Assembly (NCBI GenBank): GCA_047607325.1
Contig: JASGDG010000412.1
Location: 17,711 to 81,710, forward strand
Source of the DNA: Xenophilus sp.
Lineage (GTDB): Bacteria; Pseudomonadota; Gammaproteobacteria; Burkholderiales; Burkholderiaceae_C
Length of the DNA: 64,000 nucleotides
Direction: 5' to 3'
Part shown: piece after piece, positions 46,728-54,093 of the stretch
Layout: every line of letters begins with the position of its first letter
Numbering within the stretch: the stretch's first letter is position 1
Notes under the pieces: model-generated
Told to the model about the DNA's origin: nothing
What the model saw: the letters and a program-made list of their open reading frames with translations, nothing else
The model's database searches: none
Position numbers and translations under genes: made by a program

Positions 46728-47623
46728 ACCGCGTGGCCTCCGCTCCAAATGCGCTCGGCCAGTTGCTTGGGCAAGGTGTCCAGACCTTCGGCGCGCAGCA
46801 GATTGGAAAAATGCTCGTCGGTCAGCAACTGCCGCAGTGCCTCGACAACGAACAGCAGGCGTTGCTGCGTGAATTCGGCTTTCTTGATGGTCAGTTTCTG
46901 CCGCTCGACCTCGTTCTGATAGTTGCGCACCAGACTGGAGGTCGTGATGGCCGCGCCCTTGCGCGCGGGCCGGTGTTTCAGCGTCTTGCCCAAGGTGTTG
47001 CGCCGCTGAAGCACGCGCCGCGTCTGCATCAGTTGCCCGCCGCGCAACTGACCGCTTTCGTAGGCGTCTTGCAACGCAGCCTGCACCGATTCCTCATCGC
47101 TCGCTCCTGCGATGGTGATGGCAATATTGAGCGGAACCCGTCCGGACTCCACGGCTGCCAGCAGGCGCTCCTCGCCTTTCTCGAAGAGGAGCAGGATGCC
47201 TCTGATGTAGTCGAGGCTCAGGCCGGTTTTCTGGGCTATGACACGCTTGTCGTAACCTTGCTGACTCAACTGCTCGATGCTCACCAGCAGCTCCAGCGCG
47301 CTGTATTTCCGGCGGGCGATGTTCTCGGTCAGACTCATGATGAAGGCGTCCTCGTCGTTGACTGCGACGACCAACGCCGGAATCTGCTTCTCGCCGAGCG
47401 ACCGGAACGCCTTGAGCCTGCCTTCACCACAGATCAGCAGGAAGCGTTTGCCGTCCTCCAGATCGTCGCGCGGCGTGACCGTGACCGGCTTCTTCAGGCC
47501 GATGCTCTTGATGTTGCCGACGATCTCCTCGAACACCCGGCCATTGCGGTCGCGCGGGTTGAGCACGGCGATCTGATCGACCGGGATCATTTGCAGTTCG
47601 GTGGCGTGGTGCTTCTTCATCAT
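46724..47623 (-). CDS. ParB/RepB/Spo0J-family protein
   Basis: IKSIGLKKPVTV...LICGEGRL...SLTENIARR. Confidence 0.88.
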   Translation of the reverse strand: MMKKHHATELQMIPVDQIAVLNPRDRNGRVFEEIVGNIKSIGLKKPVTVTPRDDLEDGKRFLLICGEGRLKAFRSLGEKQIPALVVAVNDEDAFIMSLTENIARRKYSALELLVSIEQLSQQGYDKRVIAQKTGLSLDYIRGILLLFEKGEERLLAAVESGRVPLNIAITIAGASDEESVQAALQDAYESGQLRGGQLMQTRRVLQRRNTLGKTLKHRPARKGAAITTSSLVRNYQNEVERQKLTIKKAEFTQQRLLFVVEALRQLLTDEHFSNLLRAEGLDTLPKQLAERIWSGGHAV

Positions 47624-49185
47624 GCGACTCTCCTCAAGCGGCTGCGCTCGGCCATGCCGTAGAGGTAGTCCAGGCTGTCGAAGCGGTAACTCTCGAACTC
47701 GATGCTGTTGTGGTCGGCCAGATGGATGCGGGGCTGGCCGAAGTCCAAGCGCGGCAGCAGGTAGTAGTCCAGCGCGGCCTGATTGCTGTCGTCCAGCCGA
47801 ACAGCGACCGTGATGTCCGGCGTCAGGCTGGTGTCGAAGCGTACCTTCCAGCGGCGGCGACCGTCGTCGAGCACGTTGCAGCGCGCGAGCACCAACGACA
47901 CCGTGAACTCGCGGTTGACGGTGAGCAGGTCGGTCGCCGGATCGCGCACGACCGTGCCGCCGACCTCGGTGATCATCCGTTCGGTCTGGCCGACGATCTC
48001 CGGGTGCAGGCGGCGCAGGAACTGATTGACCTCCAGATACTGGTAGTCCCGATCCGGCGTGAAGCCCACCGTCTGGTAGGCGCGGATCAGGCTGCCGAAG
48101 CGGTGCGCGTAGGCCGCCGCCGAAGGCATCCCCTCGGCCTCGTCGATGATCAGGCCGGAGAGGTAGCCGTGCTGCTGGAACAACCGCCGCAGCTTCTCGA
48201 CCAGTTCCTCGTCGGTGTAGCGATGCGCCCGTGCGCGCAGGATGCCCTGTGCCGTGTAGAACAGGTCGGGCGGCACGATGCCCTCGAACGCGCCTTCCTT
48301 CTTGATCCACATCTCCGGCTGGTTCACCACGCGCACCTTCTTGAGCTTGAAGGATCGGCGGTTGTAGACGTTGTTGCCGATGTATTTCTCGTTCGACAGC
48401 ACCTCGCGCACTGTGGCCCGCGTCCAGTCGCGCCCGAGGTCGGTCTGGATGCCCTTGGCGTTGAGCCGGTCGGCGATCTCGGATTCGAGCAGGTTGCCTT
48501 CGACGAACCAGCGGTAGATCTGGTTCACGACCGCGACTTCGGCGTCCGGGCCGGGTTGCAGGATCACGCGGTCGGTTTGCAGGCTCTTGTGCTCGCCGCG
48601 CGAAAGCTGCCCCTTCACGGAACCGGACTGGTCGATCAGCACGCGCCGCAGGCCGTAGCCCGCTGGCCCGCCTTGCCGAAAACCGAGTTCGATCAGGCGG
48701 CACTGGCCCGCGAACACCTTTGCCGACAATTCCCGGCTGTATTCGCCTGCCATCGCACGCTTGACGCCCTTGACGATGGTGGACACGGGCGAGCCGTCGT
48801 TCTCGAACTGCTCGGCGCAGTAGGCCACCTGAATCCCGGCGCGGCGGCAGATGTATTCGTAGTAGGCGCTCTCGTCGGCGTCTTGGAACCGGCCCCAGCG
48901 ACTCACGTCATAGACGAGGATGATCTGGAAATCGGCCTTGCCCGCCTGCACATCGGCGATCAGTTTCTGCAAGGCTTGGCGACCATCGATGCGCAGACCG
49001 CTCTTGCCCTCGTCGGCGTAGGTGCGGACGATCTCGATGTTGCGCCGGGCGGCATACTCGCGGATTTTGTCGCCCTGATTCTCCGTCGAGTATTGCTGGT
49101 GCTCGGTGGACATGCGCACGTACTGCGCGGCGCGGTACACCGGCCCTGACCCTGAAGGGCTTGGAGGTGATTCGTTCGATTGCAT
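47620..49185 (-). CDS. Large serine recombinase
   Basis: AAQYVRMSTEHQ catalytic Ser; YADEGKSG; YDVSRWGR; recombinase domain YIGNNVYNR. Confidence 0.92.
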   Translation of the reverse strand: MQSNESPPSPSGSGPVYRAAQYVRMSTEHQQYSTENQGDKIREYAARRNIEIVRTYADEGKSGLRIDGRQALQKLIADVQAGKADFQIILVYDVSRWGRFQDADESAYYEYICRRAGIQVAYCAEQFENDGSPVSTIVKGVKRAMAGEYSRELSAKVFAGQCRLIELGFRQGGPAGYGLRRVLIDQSGSVKGQLSRGEHKSLQTDRVILQPGPDAEVAVVNQIYRWFVEGNLLESEIADRLNAKGIQTDLGRDWTRATVREVLSNEKYIGNNVYNRRSFKLKKVRVVNQPEMWIKKEGAFEGIVPPDLFYTAQGILRARAHRYTDEELVEKLRRLFQQHGYLSGLIIDEAEGMPSAAAYAHRFGSLIRAYQTVGFTPDRDYQYLEVNQFLRRLHPEIVGQTERMITEVGGTVVRDPATDLLTVNREFTVSLVLARCNVLDDGRRRWKVRFDTSLTPDITVAVRLDDSNQAALDYYLLPRLDFGQPRIHLADHNSIEFESYRFDSLDYLYGMAERSRLRRVA

Positions 49186-49322
49186 AGACCCGGTCACTTC
49201 GATGGTTGACGTTCTCGGGTCTGCCGCTCCCTTCAATGGTTGCGCCGCTGCCTGACGGAAGCCGCGCACACGGTTGGAATCGTTGCCATGCAGGATGTTC
49301 GAGAACCCGTTTGGAGGCGAAG

Positions 49323-49790
49323 TTACGGGCAGACCGCCGGGGTGTCGATCAAGTCCTCTCTTGACACGTCCATCTTGCGCGGACACATCATGGCCACCGG
49401 CGTGATCTCGACGACCCATGATTGGCCGTTTTCCTTCGGAAACGCCGGGTGCCGCGTGATCCGGTACAGGCCGGACGGCAGCTCGCACACGTCCATCTTT
49501 GCAAGATTGGTGTTCTGGGCCTGATCGCGCGTCCGCTGCTGCTCGCGGTTGCGCTGTTCGTACTCGGGCTTGGCGGCGCGGTAGTCGCGCCAGTAGTCGG
49601 GATGACGCTGCGTCCATGCCTGCTGCGCGGCGCGCTGATTGCTCCGGTAGTCCGGGTCGGACTGGAGCTTGGCCCGCTGCCACTTGCGCTTGCGGGCGCG
49701 CTGGCAGTCGGGCGCGGCGCAGTAGGTTTGGTCGGGAACTTGGGGGCGTGGCGCGAAGGGCTTGCCACAGCAGGCGCAGCGGTGGGTCAT
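49323..49790 (-). CDS. Zn-finger-like hypothetical protein
   Basis: CACCG...YCAAPDCQRARKRKW; GGAG RBS; upstream of the recombinase. Confidence 0.7.
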   Translation of the reverse strand: MTHRCACCGKPFAPRPQVPDQTYCAAPDCQRARKRKWQRAKLQSDPDYRSNQRAAQQAWTQRHPDYWRDYRAAKPEYEQRNREQQRTRDQAQNTNLAKMDVCELPSGLYRITRHPAFPKENGQSWVVEITPVAMMCPRKMDVSREDLIDTPAVCP

Positions 49791-49869
49791 CGTGGGGGTC
49801 TCCATGCAAGTCCGCATGGAAGCCGCGACCGATCACCGCAACCGGACGGTCACGCGCGCGGGCGAACGC

Positions 49870-49899
49870 TCATGGCTGCGAGGCCGCGCGATTACTCAT
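49870..49899 (-). pseudogene. abiEii: 5' stump of an AbiEii toxin gene (MSNRAASQP*)
   Basis: ATG overlaps the abiEi stop (ATGAGTAA); MSNRAAS resembles the usual AbiEii start MS-x-x-AASVRARL; a stop follows. Confidence 0.55.
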
Positions 49900-50509
49900 G
49901 GGCGACCACTTCCATATAGGGCCGCATCACGTTGGCGACCCGGCAAACCTTGGCGTAGCGCCACAGGTCGTCCGCCGATGCCTTCCGCGTCCGCCACGCA
50001 TCCTTCAGCGCCTCCATCGCCACATCCAGACCGATCCTGTTGCGGTGCTTGAAGCAGTCCACGACCGTCTTGGCCGCGCTGTAGACCCGCAGCGTCGCGC
50101 CGTCGCACGGGTGTTCCTCGATGCCCGCCGCGTGCGTGTCGCCCGTCATCTGTACCATCCGGATCGGCGGCCAGTCCATGCGGGGCGCGTGGCTGCCACG
50201 CGGCATGGCGATCCATATCTGGTGCGGCAGTTGCGTGGTCAGCCCGTGGAATTGCAGCGCCGTCAGCAGGCAGAACACGGCTTGCGGTGCCTTGGCGGCC
50301 ACGACCGCGAGACCTTCGTGCTCCGAGGCCGGATGGTTCGGCAGGCGGTAGAGGCCGCGCCCGACCCTGTCCAGCAGGCCGGCGGCGGTCAGCCGCGTCA
50401 GGACGACCCGGGGCGCGCCGATGGCGTCCAGATCGCTGGCGCGCAGCAGTCCCTTCTGGCGAGCCAGATCGAGGACGCGCTGGGCGTGGGTGTCGGTGGA
50501 ATGTTCCAT
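49892..50509 (-). CDS. abiEi: AbiEi-family type IV antitoxin
   Basis: LDRVGRGLYRL wHTH; CLLTALQFHGLTTQLP; YSAAKTVVDCFKHRNRIGLDVAMEAL. Confidence 0.9.
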   Translation of the reverse strand: MEHSTDTHAQRVLDLARQKGLLRASDLDAIGAPRVVLTRLTAAGLLDRVGRGLYRLPNHPASEHEGLAVVAAKAPQAVFCLLTALQFHGLTTQLPHQIWIAMPRGSHAPRMDWPPIRMVQMTGDTHAAGIEEHPCDGATLRVYSAAKTVVDCFKHRNRIGLDVAMEALKDAWRTRKASADDLWRYAKVCRVANVMRPYMEVVAHE

Positions 50510-50655
50510 TTATTCTCCCAATTTACCATTAGAGAGTTGATTTAGAACATAGAAGCCTGTTGAGGGACATCCACTGGAAGCTGGCCTCTACCGAGATCCT
50601 TGACGCGGATGCAGATTTGTGACCCAATATAGGGGAACAATTTGAGGCGACTCCC

Positions 50656-50988
50656 ATGCATACCTTCACCATCCGCGAACTGCGCGAACGCTCCGGTGAC
50701 CTCAGCCGTGAGGCCGAGGAAGGTCGGCTTGCGCTCGTCACCCGGCACGGGCAGCCGCTGTTCGTCAGCGTCCCCTTCACGGAGGATCTGCTGGAGGCGG
50801 GCGTCCATACGGCGTTGGCCGTGAACCTGTTCAAGGGCGGTGAGATGACCTCCGCACGCGCCGCCAAGCTGGCTCGGATGAGCCTGCCGCAGTTTCTGGC
50901 GCATCTCTCTGCGCAGGGCATCCCGGTGGTCGATCACGATCCGGCAGAACTGGAGCAGGAACTCGCTGCCTTCGATGCGGCGCAATGA
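50656..50988 (+). CDS. Phd/YefM-like N-terminus plus UPF0175 antitoxin
   Basis: TFTIRELR...ALVTRHGQP, then MTSARAAKLARMSLPQFLAHLSAQGIP. Confidence 0.8.
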   Translation: MHTFTIRELRERSGDLSREAEEGRLALVTRHGQPLFVSVPFTEDLLEAGVHTALAVNLFKGGEMTSARAAKLARMSLPQFLAHLSAQGIPVVDHDPAELEQELAAFDAAQ

Positions 50989-51482
50989 GCCGACCTGTCG
51001 TCGTTTCCGATTCCGGGCCGCTGATTGCGCTGGCCGGGTGCGGTCAACTGGAACTGCTGGTGGGTGTTTTCGATGTTCTCCACGTGCCGCAAGCGGTGCT
51101 GGAAGAAACCACGGCAGATCGTTCGCGCCCGGGTGCGGTCGATATTGCCGCCTTCGTTCAGGCTCGCGCACAGGTGCATGCCGACCGTGATGATCCTGTC
51201 TACGCTGCCGCCGTCGGTCACCTCGACGAAGGCGAAGCGCAAGCCCTGAGTTTGGCGCACGCGCTGGGCTGCGGCGTTCTGATGGACGAGCGCCGTGGCC
51301 GCCAAACCGCGATCCGCCAAGGCGTGCCCCTGTTCGGCGTGCTGGGTGTGCTGCTGCAAGCCAAGCGAATCGGCAAGCTCGAACGCATTGCGCCCGCATT
51401 GGAACGGATGCAGGCCAACGGCTACCGCATTTCGCAGGCGCTCATCGATGAAGCCTTACGGCTCGCGGGCGAGACCCGCTGA
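50985..51482 (+). CDS. DUF3368 PIN-domain toxin
   Basis: VVVSDSGPLIAL...LDEGEAQALSLA...LMDERRGR...GVLGVLLQAK. Confidence 0.88.
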   Translation: MSRPVVVSDSGPLIALAGCGQLELLVGVFDVLHVPQAVLEETTADRSRPGAVDIAAFVQARAQVHADRDDPVYAAAVGHLDEGEAQALSLAHALGCGVLMDERRGRQTAIRQGVPLFGVLGVLLQAKRIGKLERIAPALERMQANGYRISQALIDEALRLAGETR

Positions 51483-51533
51483 TCAGTCAAACGGACAAAT
51501 AACCGAAATCGCGCCCGCAAGGCCAACACATTA

Positions 51534-51589
51534 CTATCTGGTTCCGAACACGGACTTCGGTTCGGTTCCGTGTTCCGCCACCACCATAG
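51534..51589. other. Imperfect palindrome with a tRNA-3'-like end; candidate att junction
   Basis: GAACACGGA (51546-51554) pairs with TCCGTGTTC (51567-51575); GGTTCG T-loop-like core; ends TTCCGCCACCACCA; no full tRNA present. Confidence 0.45.
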
Positions 51590-51594
51590 CTTCC

Positions 51595-51630
51595 AAGGGC
51601 GTTCGCCAAGGTCCGGCGAACGCCCTTTTT
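51595..51630 (+). terminator. Rho-independent terminator
   Basis: AAGGGCGTTCGCC-aaggtcc-GGCGAACGCCCTT followed by TTT. Confidence 0.8.
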
Positions 51631-51695
51631 CATTGCTGAATCAGCCACTTGTCGTGCGAGGACGTGCAAGGTAGTGCGCCAACATCCAAGGCAAG

Positions 51696-51758
51696 ACGGG
51701 GGAACAAACGGGGGAACAACCGCCGCCAGCCGTAGACTTGCCCCGTTTGTTCCCCCGT
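51696..51758. repeat. Integrase arm-type binding repeats
   Basis: ACGGGGGAACAA twice in tandem (51696-51719); exact inverted copy TTGTTCCCCCGT at 51747-51758. Confidence 0.7.
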
Positions 51759-51798
51759 TTCCGAGTGGGGAACGCCCTTCGTCCTGGAGGTGTTCCCC

Positions 51799-53043
51799 AT
51801 GCTGACCGATGTTCAATGCCGCAACGCCAAGTGCCCGCCCGGCGCCAAGCGTCTGCGCCTGGCTGATGCCGGCGGCCTGTACCTGGAGGTAGCCCCATCC
51901 GGCTCCAAACGGTGGTTCTGGAAGTACCGCAAGGACGGGAAGGAGGGGCGCCTGGCCCTGGGCAGTTATCCGGCGGTGCTGGTCGGGGCCGCCCGCCAGG
52001 CCCGCGACGTGGCAAAGCAGAAAAAAGCCGCCGGCATGGACCCGGTGCAGGCGCGCAAGGTGGAAAAGCTCAAGGGCACGCGTGAAGGCGGCGACACCTT
52101 CAAGGCCGTTGCCCTGGAGTGGCATGGCAAGCCGACGGACAACTGGAGCCCGGGCCACGCCGACCGGATGCTGCGCCAACTGGAGCGCGACCTGTTCCCC
52201 TGGCTGGGCGACCGGCTCATGGGCGAGATCGAGCCCATGGAGCTGCTGGCCGTACTGCAGAAGATCGAAGAACGCGGCGCCAACGAGACGGCCGACCGCG
52301 CCCTGATGCTGGCCCGGCAGGTATACGCCTACTGGCTGCCCACGGCGGACAAGCGCCAGCGCAACATCGCCGAGGGTCTGAAAAAGCGCCTCACCCCGTA
52401 CCGTGGCAAGCACTTCCCGGCCATCGTGGAGCCGCAGCGGTTCGGCGAGCTGCTGCGAGGCATGCACGCCTACAGGGGCGGCCCCGTGGTGCGCACGGCG
52501 CTGCTGCTGGCGCCGATCCTGTACCAACGCCCCGGCAACCTGCGCATGATGGAGTGGGCCGAGCTGGACATGGATGCGGCCCTGTGGACCATCCCCAGCG
52601 CCAAGATGAAGCGGGGCGTTCAGGAGAAGGAGCAGGGAGAGCCGCACGTGGTGCCCATGCCAACGCAGGCGATCGAGCTGCTGCGCCAGCTCCAGCCGCT
52701 CACCGGGCACGGGCGCTACGTCTTCCCCGGCCAGCGCGACCACGGCCGGCCGCTGTCCGACAACTCCGTGCGCACCGCCCTCTATGCCCTGGGCGTGGGC
52801 AAGGAGCAGAGCTGGCATGGCTTCCGGGCCAGCGCCCGCACGATGATGGTTGACCAGCTCGACCTGGACCCGCTCGCCATCGAGGCGAACATGGCGCACG
52901 CCGTGAAGGACGCCAACGGCCGCAGCTACAACCGCACGCAGTACCTGGCGAAGCGGTTCCAGCAAATCCAGCAGTGGGCCGACTACCTGGACGGCCTGCG
53001 CGCTGGCGCCGTCGTGCTGCCCTTCAAGCCGCGCGTCGCCTGA
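51799..53043 (+). CDS. P4-family tyrosine integrase with an N-terminal arm-binding domain
   Basis: GGLYLEVAPSGSKRWFWKYR; catalytic QRPGNLR, HGFR, MAH, YNR; GGAGG RBS. Confidence 0.95.
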   Translation: MLTDVQCRNAKCPPGAKRLRLADAGGLYLEVAPSGSKRWFWKYRKDGKEGRLALGSYPAVLVGAARQARDVAKQKKAAGMDPVQARKVEKLKGTREGGDTFKAVALEWHGKPTDNWSPGHADRMLRQLERDLFPWLGDRLMGEIEPMELLAVLQKIEERGANETADRALMLARQVYAYWLPTADKRQRNIAEGLKKRLTPYRGKHFPAIVEPQRFGELLRGMHAYRGGPVVRTALLLAPILYQRPGNLRMMEWAELDMDAALWTIPSAKMKRGVQEKEQGEPHVVPMPTQAIELLRQLQPLTGHGRYVFPGQRDHGRPLSDNSVRTALYALGVGKEQSWHGFRASARTMMVDQLDLDPLAIEANMAHAVKDANGRSYNRTQYLAKRFQQIQQWADYLDGLRAGAVVLPFKPRVA

Positions 53044-53194
53044 TCCACGGGCGCCAGCCGGGCGCCGCCCTCCCCAGTCGCATCCGTCGCCCGCTGAGCC
53101 GCCCTGGCGGGCCTGCACACGCCTGCGCCAGCCCCGGCGGCCGGTGCGCGGGCCGCGTTTTGCAGTTCACCTCGGGTGCCATTTCCCGAAAACG

Positions 53195-53327
53195 GTGAGG
53201 ACAGTGAGGACAAAACCCAAGAATCCAGAATCCATGCGGGTTTGCGGCCGATTGGGGCGTGAGGACATTGTGAGGACAAAGTGAGGACATGATGAGGACA
53301 TTTTTTTATATGAAATATTCTGTCCTC
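53195..53327. repeat. Iteron-like array (G/A)TGAGGACA
   Basis: Copies at 53195, 53204, 53259, 53270, 53281 and 53292, an AT-rich tract, then inverted TGTCCTC at 53321-53327. Confidence 0.85.
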
Positions 53328-53428
53328 TTTTCACCTTTTTCCCTGCCTTCGCCCGCATCCGCTGCCCGCCTCGGTCCGGCTTGCCGCACCGCTGCGATCG
53401 GCGCCAGCCGGGCTGCTGGCGCTGCCTC

Positions 53429-53637
53429 GGCCTGGCCGTCCCTGCGTCAGCTCGCCGCAGCGGTCCGGAGACGTGCCGGCGCTGGCTGGTGCGCCCTGCA
53501 CGCTTGCGCACGCTGGCGGAATGCGCCGCGAAGGGCGTTCCCGTGGAGGCATCAACCGGCGCGCGGGGACATGCGGCGGGCCGCTGGTGCATGCGTGTGC
53601 ACGCTCGGGCCTGGCCGTCCCTGCGCCAGATCGCCGC
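53429..53637. repeat. 30-bp direct repeat pair
   Basis: GGCCTGGCCGTCCCTGCG(T/C)CAG(C/A)TCGCCGC at 53429-53458 and 53608-53637, two mismatches. Confidence 0.75.
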
Positions 53638-53767
53638 CCGGCATGTGGATAACTTTCCGTTTGCATCGGAGTGCGTTTGCCCGTTTTTTGAGCAACGGCG
53701 AGGCATCGCTAAGTGCTTGTCGCGCCGTGGGTTTTCGGCACGCCCGGAAAGTTATCCAGGGCACCCC

Positions 53768-54076
53768 GGAAATGCGAGTAGAGATAACGTGGCTTATGTC
53801 GAACGCGCCTGGGCGGATCGCCTGCATGCAGGACGCATCTATCGCTATGAACTGCCCGCCGGGACGTTCGAGAGCATCGAAGACGCAGGCATGTTCGTCA
53901 GTCGCCTTGGGGTGCAGCCCATCAGCCGCGAGGCGATGTCGGATTTGCCTCAGGCGCTGCACGCCAGCCGCACGGAGTTGCGGATCGTCGATTCGCTGTT
54001 GCCTCTGCGCGGGGTCTGGGACAGCTCCCTGCATGCCAGCGGGATCCGGCTTCGCAATGCTGCAGGCTGGAGCTGA
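53768..54076 (+). pseudogene. 5'-truncated DUF6886-like gene
   Basis: VAYVERAW...RIYRYELP...DAGMFVS...LHASGIRLRNA looks like the family's C-terminal half; upstream frame is non-homologous repeat DNA. Confidence 0.5.
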
Positions 54077-54093
54077 TGCCCCACCGCGCCAGG

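Larger units (their letters stand above)
44386..49870 (-). mobile_element. Serine recombinase-ParB-ParB-DUF3987 integrative module
   Basis: Five closely linked minus-strand genes, bounded by a repeat array and a truncated abiEii. Confidence 0.6.
51587..53770 (+). mobile_element. Minimal P4-like integrative element (integrase plus iteron array); right end approximate
   Basis: Arm-type repeats, integrase and an ori-like repeat array; no other credible gene. Confidence 0.55.

Noticed and set aside
49186-49836. N-terminal extension of the recombinase (738-aa call)
   Set aside because: It overlaps the Zn-finger gene; recombinase motifs begin just after Met 49185
50498-50550. Imperfect inverted repeat TGTTC...GAACA over the abiEi start as an autoregulatory operator
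   Set aside because: Plausible by analogy to AbiE, but the match is too degenerate to support by eye
51480-51590. Complete tRNA or tmRNA gene
   Set aside because: Only a T-loop-like core and a CCA-like end; no D arm, anticodon arm or matching 5' acceptor strand
53195-53300. Repeat arrays here and at 44386-44465 as CRISPR
   Set aside because: Units are 9 bp with 0-2 nt spacing, not 23-50 bp repeats with unique spacers
53024-53760. Several ORFs across the post-integrase region
   Set aside because: Low-complexity R/A/P translations of repeat-rich non-coding DNA
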